64,000 nt of DNA, taken from the NCBI RefSeq assembly GCF_006345805.1, contig NC_043020.1:9052001-9116000 (forward strand), given 5' to 3'. The notes under the pieces were generated by a model that worked only from the letters and a program-made list of their open reading frames with translations, searched no databases and was not told where the DNA came from. Source of the DNA: Octopus sinensis. Lineage: Eukaryota. Of this stretch, positions 35,975 through 47,946 are shown one piece after another (within the stretch, counting starts at the first letter, position 1; every line of letters begins with the position of its first letter). The translations under genes were made by a program, and so were the position numbers.

Positions 35975-36659
35975 GTGTGGTGTGTGTGTTTGTGTCTACA
36001 TGGGCTTCTTTCCGTTTCCATCTACCAAAATCCACTTGAACGGTTTTGGTCAGCCCAAGGCTATAGCAAATGACACTTGTCCAAAGTGCCATGCAGTGGG
36101 ACTGAACTCAGAACCATGTGTTTGGCAAGCAGACTTCTTACCATACAGTCTCACACCCACACACACGGAATATATATATGCTACCAGTTGTTGTTATTGT
36201 TGCTTGAAGTCTGCAACCTTCATGTTTGATCTGTCATCCCACCCCCCGTTGGGTTCTGCACCAGACAGTTGTTTTGTAAACAGGTCATGCCTGTTCAACA
36301 CTGTACCTGGTTCCATATGATTGCTTGGCCAATAATTGTTTCCTAGTAGCTTCCTCTTCTCCCTCCCCCCCCGACCTCACCCCCCACCCTCCCGCGATCT
36401 TTGTTGCTGATGTTGATGCTGCCAGCAACAAGTTCTTTGTCTATGTGGCACCAGGGTGGGAGGTGAAAGTGATCAAGGTTAGTGGCCTGGAGTATGGGCA
36501 CCTGTATTACCTCGTACATGGGTGCCAGTCAGGTAGCATTGGCATCAGCCACTACTACAAGTTCATTTAACTCAACATGTCTTCTCCAGCACATATATAT
36601 TTAAAACACACACATATACACACATTCTTTGTTGGTGCTGTAAATTACCACTGGGTTAC

Positions 36660-37235
36660 TCTTTTACTCTTTACTTGTTTCAGTCATTTGACTGCGGCCA
36701 TGCTGGAGCACCGCCTTTTAATCGAGCAAATCGACCCCGGGACTTATTCTTTTGTAAGCCCAGTACTTATTCTATCGGTCTCTTTTGCCGAACCGCTAAG
36801 TAACGGGGACATAAACACACCAGCATCGGTTGTCAAGCAATGCTAGGAGGACAAACACAGACACACAAACATATACACACACACTTATATATATATGTAC
36901 ATATATACGACGGGCTTCTTTCAGTTTCCGTCTACCAAATCCACTCACAAGGCTTTGGTTGGCCCGAGGCTATAGTAGAAGACACTTGCCCAAGGTGCCA
37001 CGCAGTGAGACTGAACCCGGAACCATGTGGTTGGTAAACAAGCTACTTACCACACAGCCACTCCTGTGCCTATATAGGCTCCTTTCAGTTTCCGTCTACC
37101 AAATCCACTCACAAGGCTTTGGTCGACCCGGGGCTATAGTAGAAGACACTTGCCCAAGGTGCCATGCAGTGGGACTGAACCCGGAACCATGTGGTTGGTT
37201 AGCAAGCTACTTACCACACAGCCACTCCTGCGCCT
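36660..37235 (-). mobile_element. Double-headed SINE A
   Basis: Full copy 36660-37072 plus extra head 37073-37235; junction gcctatataggc. Confidence 0.85.
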
Positions 37236-37377
37236 AAATTTATTAAAATACTTGAATTTCATATTTTCATTTGCCAAGCATATATTTATTGAAAGATGTC
37301 TTCTATTTTTTTAAAAAAACCCCAACTTTTTATATTTTTCAGACATGATCTGTTGAAATAGAAGCAAAGCTGTGAAG

Positions 37378-38189
37378 ATGAAAGGGAAAGACAAAGAAGT
37401 CGTCTCCACTACTTCGAGCTCGTCAAAGAGTTCAGAAAAGAGGAAGAGTTCTGCTCGTTTCTCTCTCAGGCGGATATTTTACTCGCACCACCGGCGCTCC
37501 AAATCGCAGGCCAGCATCGATTTGGACAGCCGCTCCGAGAGCAGCATAACGAATACCAACCTCATTGACAACAAATACAGCAGAACCGGGCATTCGTCGT
37601 CCTCTTCATCTTCAGATTCCTTGCCCGTGTCGTCGTCGTATCCCCAACAGAATGTCTACTTATCAGAGACCTCAACGCAGCCAGCAACACACCTACTCCA
37701 GGACACACTCCAACAGCAACAAGAAGAACAACAACAAAATCAACAACAACAACTACAACAACAAAATCAACCACAACAACAAAATCAACCACAACAACAA
37801 AATCAACCACAACAACAAAATCAACAACAGCAACAAAATCAACAACAGCAGCAGCAGCAACAACAGCAGCAACAACAATCGCAGCAATCGAGTGCCCCCG
37901 AAAGAGAATGTCCGCTATGTCTATCCGAATATCCTGAAGAGCTCTACCCTAATATCAGCACCTGTTTTCACCGCTCGTGTATTGACTGCCTTAAACAATA
38001 TCTCCGGATTGAGATTATGGAAAGTCGGGTGAACATCGCCTGCCCCGAGTGTGCAGAACGTTTCCACCCGAATGACATAAAAATGATACTTAAGGACCCA
38101 GTCCTCATACAGAAGTATGAAGACTTTATGGTCCGGCGGGTACTGGTTTCAAACCCTGATGCAAGATGGTGCCCCGCTCCAAATTGTGG
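37378..38189 (+). CDS. RNF19: RBR E3 ubiquitin ligase RNF19A/B-like, coding exon 1 (Ser-rich N-terminus, polyQ, RING1, start of IBR); exon begins at 37343
   Basis: CPLC...[27 protein letters not shown]...RWCPAPNCG matches Dorfin/RNF19 RING1-IBR; acceptor ttttcAG 37341-37342; donor GG|GTGAGT phase 2. Confidence 0.95.
37711..37887 (+). repeat. Coding polyQ tract (46 Q in 59 aa) including 3 x QQQNQP
   Basis: CAA/CAG runs; 18-bp caacaacaaaatcaacca units. Confidence 0.95.
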
Positions 38190-38564
38190 GTGAGTTGGAC
38201 ATTCTGAAATTTTTTTTTATTTTGTTTGTCATTTCATATATTTTGTTTTTACTGTTTTTTTTTTTGTTTTTGTTTTAGTATATTTTGTATATATTGCATG
38301 GTGTGAGTGAAGTGTGTGCCTATCTACATCTCTACTCTCCTTTCCTCGCTCTCCTTTCCCCCCACTCTCCTTTCCCACTCTCCTTTTCCCCCGCTCTCCT
38401 TTCCCCCGCTCTCCTTTCCTCGTTCTCCTTCCCCGCTCCCCTAAACCTCCTGACACGGCCATCCTCCCTCTATCTATTTAGTGTCCTGAGGATATGTTCT
38501 AAAACTGCACCACCACCACCCTCCTTTCTTCCTTTTCAGCTAGGGTAACCATGGGGAGGCATGT

Positions 38565-38830
38565 GGTTTAGTGGTTAGGGTGCTGGATTCACAATCTTAA
38601 CATTGTGGTTTCAATCCTTGGACCAGGTGATGCATTGTATTCTTGAGCAAAACACTCCACTTCACATTGCTCCAGTCCACTCAGCTGTAGAAACGCGTGC
38701 CACTAGTGGAGGCACGTGACTTAGTGGTTAGGATGTTGGATTCACAGCCATAAGATTGTGGTTTCAAACCCTGGACCAGGCAATCTGTTGTTCTATTTTC
38801 ATGTTGCTCCAGTCCACACAGCTGTAGAAA
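38565..38830 (+). mobile_element. Two SINE D heads
   Basis: ggaggca(t/c)gtg..ttagtggttagg heads; ttgctccagtccac core. Confidence 0.7.
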
Positions 38831-39455
38831 TGAGTTTAGCCTGGAGGGCGATGGGCTACACCAAGCTTTCTTGCTATAGATATGCAGCAGGGCTGTAATG
38901 CCCCCAACGACTCCCAAGGGGTTAAGGGAATTGATTTTGTCATTGTCAATCATGTATCTCCTCTACAGCCAGACACCTATTACTGTTCCTCCATCATACA
39001 TTAACCTCTCAACACCAAGCACAAAGCCACCTCCCGTCAAGACTGCATCACCTTACTATGCCGAGGGGCCTTGTATTGCGAGTTACTCAGTAACCTCACT
39101 AATGCTGGTGCCACAAAAAAAGCACCCAGTACACTGTGTGAAAGTGGTTGGTGTCAGAAAGGGCATCCAGGCATAGAAACCAGTCTAAAATGAGCAAGAC
39201 TGGAGCTCAGTCTGGTTATCAGATCCTGTTGAAGTGGCCAACCCATCCTTGCCAGCTGCATCATGGCCATTCAGTAATGAGGGTAATAACGATGATTCAA
39301 GCATTTGTGAACAATAACATTGTTGGAAATTTCTGCTTATTTATGTACGCTCAACAATTGTGGTGTGTGGTTACAATTAAGTGTAATCTATTCCTTTTGA
39401 TAGAGAACCACTTGCGACCACCACTCCTCTCGACGATATAAAGATAACATCTGTT

Positions 39456-39733
39456 TTAATCCTTTGTCATTGTTTACTCACTCGGTTATTATGCTTATTC
39501 ATTCACGTGGTTTTGCATTAACCATGCATTATCTCATAGCTTTGAAATTTTAATGAGGTAATTATTTTTAGTACGATATTGTAGGGTAGGTGTAAGAGGC
39601 TGGATCTGGCCAGTTTGAACTTACAATAGAATATTTGGGCCAGTTTGAACTTAAAATAGAATATTTGGGCCAGTTTGAACTTAAAATAGAATATTTGGGC
39701 CAGATTTGGCTGGTTTAAATGCTAAGGGGTTAA
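39456..39733 (-). mobile_element. P1 MITE with an internal 30-bp triplication (39608-39703)
   Basis: ggccagtttgaacttaaaatagaatatttg x3; ...ctaagggg-TTAA end. Confidence 0.75.
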
Positions 39734-40297
39734 AATATTTGGATTTAAATAACTTTACATAATATTTCTATGAGGTTATGTTTGATATATTTTGTATGTT
39801 ATTCTTCCAAATACCAGTTTAATAATAATGGTTTCAAATTTTTCCACGGCAGCCATTTTGGGGGAGGGGGGTCTAGTTGATTTCATCGACTCCCCCCCCA
39901 GTATTTCCCTGGTACTTAATTTATCAACCCGCTCCCCATCCCCCAAAAGGATGAAAGGCAAAGCCGACCCCAGCAGAATTTGAACTCAGAACGTAGCTAG
40001 GGTAGGGAGGAGAGTTCAGTTCTGGCTGGTTTGATCATGAAACAGGTAGAGTGTAAGGTCAGTCTCAGGTGGGTTGCTACCAAAATGGTTAAACTATTGT
40101 ACAGGTGAATGTGTATAAGACAGTGAGGGGGTCAGTGGTTTGTGTTTTGTTACAGGTATCGTCCTGTGTTCATGACCAAGTTGCATTAATGCAACAATGG
40201 GCACACACGCATTCACATATCCACAAACACACACACATCTACAAACACACACATGGCCATAGATAATACATGTACTCTTCTGTTTACTTGTAAATAT

Positions 40298-40299
<2 letters not shown>

Positions 40300-40334
<35 letters not shown>

Positions 40335-41305
40335 TAGATGTGTGTGTGTGTTTGTAGATGTGTGTGTGTGTTTGTAGATGTGTGTGTGTGTTTGTAGATG
40401 TGTGTGTGTGTTTGTAGATGTGTGTGTGTGTTTGTAGATGTGTGTGTGTGTGTTTGTAGATGTGTGTGTGTGTGTTTGTAGATGTGTGTGTGTGTTTGTA
40501 GATGTGTGTGTGTGTGTTTGTAGATGTGTGTGTGTGTTTGTAGATGTGTGTGTGGTGTGTGTGTGTGTGTGTGTTTGTAGATGTGTGTGTGTGTTTGTAG
40601 ATGTGTGTGTGTGTTTGTAGATGTGTGTGTGTGTTTGTAGATGTGTGTGTGTGTTTGTAGATGTGTGTGTTTGTGGATATGTGAATGCGTGTGTGCTCAC
40701 TTGGGAATGTGGTTGTGTGTGTGTGTGTGTGGATATGCGTGTATGTGTCTGCCCACTTGTCGTTATGTGAGTGTGTGTGTGTTTATGGTTATGCATGTTT
40801 GTGCATGCATACATTTGTGGATGTCTGAATGTGTGTGTGTGTTTGTGTGCACTTGCGTGTGTGTGGATGTGTGTGTGTGTGTGTACTTGTGGATGTGTGT
40901 GTGTGTGTGTGCACTTGTGGATGTGTGTGTGTGTGTGTGCACTTGTGGATGTGTGTGTGCACTTGTGGATGTGTGCGTGCACTTGTGGATGTGTGCGTGT
41001 GTGTGTGCACTTGTGGATGTGTGTGTGTGTGTGTGCACTTGTGGATGTGTGTGTGTGCACTTGTGGATGTGTGTGTGTGTGCACTTGTGGATGTGTGCGT
41101 ATGTGTGCACTTGTGGATGTGTGCGTATGTGTGCACTTGTGGATGTGTGCGTATGTGTGCACTTGTGGATGTGTGTGTGTGCACTTGTGGATGTGTGTGT
41201 GTGTGTGTGCACTTGTGGATGTGTGTGTGTGTGCACTTGTGGATGTGTGTGTGTGTCTGTGTGTGTGCGCTCACTTGTGGATGTGTGTGTGTGTGTGTGT
41301 GTGCA
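40300..41305. repeat. 1-kb (GT)n array punctuated by ttgtagat (left) and gcacttgtggat (right)
   Basis: Direct reading. Confidence 0.95.
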
Positions 41306-41787
41306 CTCAGGTACAACTCATGAAACATTCATATCAAAAATAAAAACAGCATAGCTGATAGTTATCTGGAGCTGTCACAGAGCCTGGCACTCCTTACCAT
41401 TCTCACCACGACCACCACCTTCACTACCACCACCACCATTAAGCCAAATTTAGGACAGCAATTTGATATTGGTGGTGAGGGGGGTGCATTCTTTTTTCTC
41501 TTGTTTGTTTGTTGGGTTATGTAAACAGAAGTTTCAACGCCATGACCTTTAGATGCTGACTGACTGACCTCCGTCCGACAACTTATTTCATTTCAGACAT
41601 TCTCAGAGTTCTTGATGAGCTTTGCACATACCATACTTCATCATACCTGTCCACAAAAGTAATTGTTGTGCGTGTGTGTGTGTCGGGGAAAGGCAGCTTG
41701 TTGCATTGTGCAACTATTAGTCACAACTGACCGTATCCGGTTATCAGGTCTGACTTGGTAGATTTAAGTAAATGTCATATATATATA

Positions 41788-41847
<60 letters not shown>

Positions 41848-41864
41848 AGTCACACACACACACA

Positions 41865-42062
41865 CACGTTTTGTTTGTTTCAGTCATTTGACTGCGGCCA
41901 TGCTAAAGCACTGCCTTAAAGGGTTTTTAGACAAAGATATCAACCCTAGGACTTACTCTTTTGTAAGCTGAACCACTATGTTACAGGGATTTAAATACAT
42001 TGACATCGGTTATCAAACAATGGTGGGGTGACACACATACTTACATACATACACACACACAT

Positions 42063-42112
<50 letters not shown>

Positions 42113-42500
42113 CGGGAAACTTTATGAAAATAAACAAAAGACGAAGGCAGGTGGAATACAAACAAACAATTGTATTAGTATGGCGCTCAGGAATAGAAAT
42201 AAAACAAGTCTTTTACGTTTTGAGCCTACGCTCTTCAACAGAAAGATACACAGAAAAGAAACATGGAGAGAAACAAGGAGAGAAAAAAAATGCGTGCAGA
42301 AGCTAGCGAATCATATATATATATATGTGTGTGTGTATACATGATGGGCTTCTTTCAGTTTCTGTCTACCAAATCCACTCACAAGGCTGTGGTCAGCTCA
42401 AGGCTATAGTAGAAGACACTTGCCCAAAGTGCCACACAGTAGGATTGAACCCGTTACTGTGTGGTTGGGAAGCAAGCTTCTTACCACAGTCTTGCCTGTG
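41865..42500 (-). mobile_element. SINE A split by a Penelope-like fragment (42112-42305)
   Basis: A tail 41865-42030, insert, A head 42340-42500. Confidence 0.7.
42209..42246 (-). ncRNA. Degenerate minimal hammerhead relic
   Basis: TCTTT-CTGTTGA-A-GAGC-gtag-GCTC-AAA-ACGT-A-AAAGA; core changes A6U and G12A. Confidence 0.5.
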
Positions 42501-43186
42501 CCTATGTATGCACTCTGTCATGGTTGAAAGTATTTTGTTATTTAACCTTGGTCAGCTTGAGATCACGGATGTCCTCTGGCCTTGACTGTACTATCAGATT
42601 TCTAGCCAATGTGTTCATATCTTTATATCCGTGACTGCATTGTTTTTTCTTTCTTTTTGTCCGCCACAATGTGTAGTTGTATAGTTAGCTTGCTTGCTTC
42701 CCATCCATATGCCCTAAGGGTTCAGTCCTCCTGCATGAAACCTTGGGTAAGCATCTACAATAGCCCCAGGTCAACCAAAGCCTTGTGGTTGAATCTGAAA
42801 GATAGAAACTGAAACCCTAACCCCTAGCTCTCTGATACAGGACATTGGTAAAATGAATCCTTTTGATATTGCCCTTGGTCCTATAATATAAACTGTCTCT
42901 TTTAAAGTGATCTAAATTAAAAGCTTCCATCAAAATTTCAAGTTTATTTATGTTCCAAATGTCAGTTTAATGATGACATAATAGTTTTACTGAATTCTTC
43001 ATTATTTTAAAATTAATTCCGGTGCTGGTTGCACATAAAGAGCACCATTCAAGCATGGCCGAAGCCAGTACCACCCGACTGGCCCTCGTGCCGGTGGCAT
43101 GTAAAAAGCACCCACTACACTCTCAGAGTGGTTGGCTTTAGGAAGGGCATCCAGCTGTAGAAACTTTGCCAGATCAGATAGATAAC

Positions 43187-43413
43187 TTAACCCTTTAGTG
43201 TTCAGATTATTCTATCAAACATAATGCTTATTGATTCATATTGATTTGAATTAATCATGCATTATCTCATATCTTCAAGATGTTGATGGTGTAATTACTT
43301 AATGTAGAATAACATTGTAGGGTAGGTGTGAGAGCCTGGATCTGGTCAGTTTGAACATAAAACAGATTAGTTATTTTGGCCGGATATGGCCGGTTTAAAT
43401 ACTAAAGGGTTAA
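43187..43413 (-). mobile_element. P1 MITE (closely related to 63135-63350)
   Basis: TTAA termini. Confidence 0.85.
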
Positions 43414-43672
43414 AGTACAGCTATGATCATTAAAAAATTATTTCTTAAGTCTTGAAAGTTCTTAAAAGTTGTTTCATGAATATATTTCCTCTCAAAATAA
43501 AATCTAAAGTTAAGCATCATTGGGAAGTATATCCACTCTAATGAGTGGATATTCTTCCCAGCAACGCTTATCAACTTTAGATTTCATTTTGAGAGGAAAT
43601 ATATTCATGAAATGATCGTAAGAACTTTCAAAACTTTCAAAATAATTTTTTAATGATAATAGCTATACTTTA
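43411..43672. repeat. About 260-bp fold-back palindrome
   Basis: tttcatgaatatatttcctctcaaaat...ccactc-taat-gagtgg...attttgagaggaaatatattcatgaaa; arms extend to aaagtacagct / agctatacttt. Confidence 0.9.
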
Positions 43673-44054
43673 TTTGTTTATTAATAAAATATTGCTTGTT
43701 TTATGGACTTACTGTGATTTTAAGATATAACTTTTCCTATTTTTACTCTCTAATATAAACTTGGTCTCGTTGAATCTCTAAATGTTGTTTTAAGGTTTTA
43801 GACATTTCTTATACCAAGAGCACTTACCTGAAATCCAGTACACCTTCTCTTTAGAGGACATATTTGATTAACTATATATATATATATATATAATTTTAAG
43901 AATTGAACAGCCATGAAACGATCGTTGTGTTATATTAATTATCTTTTTTAATAATTTTGATATATATTTAAATAATATAAATTAATTAATCTTATGTATT
44001 GGCTTAAGTTTTTCATTGTATGATTTGCCTAATAGTGGTTTTATCTCTAATTTA

Positions 44055-44099
<45 letters not shown>

Positions 44100-44252
44100 T
44101 TAACTGGCTTCCAGTTTCTCTCTACCAAACCCACCCATAAGGCTTTGGTTAGTCTGTGGCTATAGTAGAAGGCACTTGCCCAAGATACCATGCAGTAGGA
44201 CTGAACCCAGGACCATGTGGTTGGGAAGCATGCTTCTTACCACACAGTCACG

Positions 44253-44291
<39 letters not shown>

Positions 44292-44669
44292 CTTAAGCAC
44301 ATACCTACCTATTTACTAAATCAGTACCCTTTAAGCCAGCCAATCAACCATTTCTCCCCCTACCTCAGTAATCCTTTTCTATTATTTCCCTTTGATTTTG
44401 TTTGTTTTTTCCCCCAAAAGGCAGCGTGGGTGGGAGAGCGGGGTGCAGTGTTGTTTATTTTTAACTCTAAAACCAAGCAAGTCTTCCTTCATAAAGACTA
44501 CTTCTTTGTCTTGGGAACCAGGAAACAGTCACTGATGCATGGTGCTGCAAAAACAAACACCATTTATACTTCACCAGACACTTATATAATCTTCATTTCT
44601 GCTTCCTAGGCATATGTTTATTTAAATAAATGAGATATTTCTAGATTATTATTATTATTATTAATTTTA

Positions 44670-45130
44670 GGTGGTGAGCTGGCAGAATCGTTAGCACTCC
44701 GGGCAAAATACTTTGCAGTATTTCATTCGTCTTTACGTTCTGAGTTCAAATTCAGCTGAGGTCGACTTCGCCTTTCATCCTTTCAGGGTTGATAGATTAA
44801 GTACCAGTGAAACACTGAGGTTGAAGTAATTGACTAGCTTGCCCTACCCTCAAATTTCAGGCCTTATTATTCTGCTGGGGTCAACTTGGCCTTTTATCTT
44901 TTCAAAGTCGATAAAATAAGTACCAGTTGAGTACTGGGGTTGATGTAATTGACTAGCCCCATCACCTAAAATTTCATTATTATTATTATTAAGGCAGCAG
45001 GTTGGCAGAATCGTTAGCATGGTGGGCAAAATGCTCAGTGGCATTGTGTCCAGCAGAATTTGAACTCAGAACGTAGGCCTCTAAACATTTCAGCTGACAT
45101 ACTAATGATTCTGCCAGCTCACTACCCTAC
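44670..45130. mobile_element. Cluster of SINE B copies in both orientations
   Basis: ggcagaatcgttagc heads and reverse-complement cores. Confidence 0.7.
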
Positions 45131-45163
45131 TACTATTACTACTATTACTGATAATGATGCTGA

Positions 45164-45201
<38 letters not shown>

Positions 45202-45326
45202 ATAATGTTGGTAAATTTAGTCATACCAGGATGTATTATTACTTCATTTAGTATCTTCTTCCTTGATTTAGTTCAGTTTTAGCTTTTATCTACATTTTAT
45301 GCATACATACACGTGTGTATATATGT

Positions 45327-45379
<53 letters not shown>

Positions 45380-45751
45380 TATACACACATACACTCATTC
45401 TTTTATTAAGGGAAGTAAGTTCAATTTTAGTTTGGCAACCACAGACTTTTAAATTATTATTATTATTATTGTTATTATTATTTAAAAATAGAAGAGTTTG
45501 TGGAACTGGTCTGCTGCCAGACAGTTTATGTCTGGGTAAAGTGCTTTACTTATCGAAACGGTAAATGGAAGTTAGCTGTAAGTTCGTTATAAGGAGTTGA
45601 AAAGGTTAAAAACAAAGAAGATAACGAAAACAATAGAAAGAAGGAAAACTTTTCTCTTTCTCTCTCTCCTCCTTACTCTCCTGAGCTAATAATGTTGGCA
45701 CATTATTATATAAGAATCTATGAATAATGATGATAATAATAATAATAATGA

Positions 45752-45784
<33 letters not shown>

Positions 45785-45995
45785 TGATAATAATGATAAT
45801 AGAGGAAAATCTAGTGGGGAGGTAGGTTGGTGGGAGAAGGAAATGTAATGAGACTTTAAATAAAAATCGAAGAACAAAATGGTAAACACATCAACAACAA
45901 CAACATGAAAGTAGATAAAAGAAAGCGGCAAAATCTTATTTTTATTGCTGCCATTATTGTTGTTGCTGTTGTTGTTGTTGTTTTTATTTTTATAA

Positions 45996-46555
45996 TATGG
46001 CTGTGTGGTAAGTAGCTTGCTAACCAACTACATGGTTCCGGGTTCCGTCCCACTGCATGGCATCTTGGGCAAGTGTCTTCTGCTATAGCCCTGGGCTGAC
46101 CAATGCCTTGTGAGTGGATTTGGTAGACGGAAACTGAAAAGAAGCCTATATAGGTGCAGAGTGGCTGTGTGGTAAGTAGCTTGCTAACCAACCACATGGT
46201 TCCGGGTTCAATCCCACTGCGTGGCACCCTGGGCAAGTGTCTTCTGCTATAGCCCCGGGCCGACCAATGCCTTGTGAGTGGATTTGGTAGACGGAAACTG
46301 AAAGAAGCCTGTCGTATATATGTATATATATGTGTGTGTGTTTGTGTTTGTGTGTCTGTGTTTGTCCCCCTAGCATTGTTTGACAACCGATGCTGGTGTG
46401 TTTACGTCCCCGTCACTTAGCGGTTCGGCAAAAGAGACCGATAGAATAAGTACTGGGCTTACAAAAGAATAAGTCCCGGGGTCGATTTGCTCGACTAAAG
46501 GCGGTGCTCCAGCATGGCCGCAGTCAAATGACTTGAAACAAGTAAAAGAGTAAAT
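45996..46555 (+). mobile_element. Double-headed SINE A
   Basis: Head 45996-46150, junction gaagcctatataggtgcag, then a full copy. Confidence 0.85.
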
Positions 46556-46754
46556 AAAGAAATTTTATTATTTTTTCTACATTTTATTTTATTTTATTTT
46601 TCGCTGCTAAAAAAAAAATTACCGATTTGTTTCCTAGGATATGTTTGTTTATTCATACTGGTAAGTCAGTCCGGGGTAGGTAGATCAGTTGTAGGTGGGG
46701 TGGTAGGGATGGTGTCAGTAGGTGGGTGGTAGGGGTGCGAGGGTGGATGGTTTC

Positions 46755-46975
46755 GAGCTAGCAGAATCGTTAGCACGCCGGGCGAAATGCTTAGCGATAT
46801 TTCGGCTGCCGTTACGTTGTGAGTTCAAATTCCGCCGAGGTCGACTTTGCCTTTCATCCTTTCGGGGTCGATAAATTAAGTACCAGTTATGCACTGGGTC
46901 GATGTAATCGACTTAATACCTATGTCTGTCCATGTTTGTCTCCTCTGTGTTTAGCCCCTTGTGGGTAATAAAGAA
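46755..46975 (+). mobile_element. SINE family B, young copy
   Basis: Near-identical to 21622-21852. Confidence 0.85.
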
Positions 46976-47394
46976 GTAGGTTTCGATAGGTAGGTAAGGT
47001 ATGGGTGGTTAAATGGTCTGGCTGGTTGGCTGGTCGGTAGGTGATCAGGCAGAAGGTAACTGGTAGGGGTGGGGTGGGTGTTTAGGTGGGTGGGTAGGAA
47101 ACTGGGTGCCTTGTCAAGACTGAGTTCCTGTTTTGATGATCTGAGAGGGAGAACAAGGTTCTGAAAGTTGGGGGTGGAGTATTTGGGGGTGGGTTCGGGT
47201 GATGTTGTTGGTGTGTTTTCCTTTTTACATGAGAACACTTTCCGGAAATAACAAGTGGAAGTGATGATGATTATGATGATGATTGGAATGATAATACTGC
47301 ACACACAATGCACACAGGGGTAATGTAATAATCTCTCACCACCTCCCCCCAGCACATTCCTAATTATGCTCTTAATCTCCAATGCCTCTCTCAC

Positions 47395-47690
47395 TTCTTC
47401 CTCTCTCTCACCCTGCCTGTCTCTCTCTCTCTCTCTCCCCCACCTGTCTCTCTCTCTCTCTCTCCTCCACTTGTCTCTCTCCTCCCCTGCTTGTCTCTCC
47501 GCCCCCGTTTGTCTCCCCCCCGCATGTCTCTCTCTCTCCCCCGCCTGTCTCTCTCTCCCCCGCCTGTCTCTCTCCCCCCTGCCTGTCTCTCTCCCCCGCC
47601 TGTCTCTCTCCCCCCCGCCTGTCTCTCTCCCCCCCGCCTGTCTCTCTCCCCCCGCTCTCTCTCTCCCCCCCGCCTCTCTCTCTCTCTCTT
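47395..47690. repeat. About 20-bp cccccgcctgtctctctctc minisatellite
   Basis: Direct reading. Confidence 0.9.
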
Positions 47691-47946
47691 CTCCAGTTCC
47701 TCTCCCACTTCTCCTCTTCCTTGTCTCTCTGACCTCCCCCCTAAGTTTTTAAATTAAAGTTTTTAAAACCCCTTCCTGCTGTCCTTCTGCTTTGTCCCCT
47801 CTAGACTTGACTTAGCAGCTCCTTTTTATGGTCATCATGTCATAATTGACATGATGGACTTTATTAGTGACCAACAGGTTCTAACAAAACACAACCAATC
47901 AGCCAGTACTAAGTTGTTGCTTGACCTACTACATATAGCAGCCAGT

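Noticed and set aside
36325-36570. 81-aa non-repetitive ORF upstream of RNF19
   Set aside because: TTG start, no recognisable homology or splice framework
37354-37356. Selenocysteine or readthrough at the in-frame TGA upstream of RNF19
   Set aside because: No SECIS visible (the 3' UTR is outside the window) and the extension has no recognisable conservation; treated as a uORF
47145-47165. C/D-box snoRNA words (TGATGA, CTGA)
   Set aside because: The boxes are adjacent with no guide region or terminal stem; other TGATGA hits are (GAT)n tails
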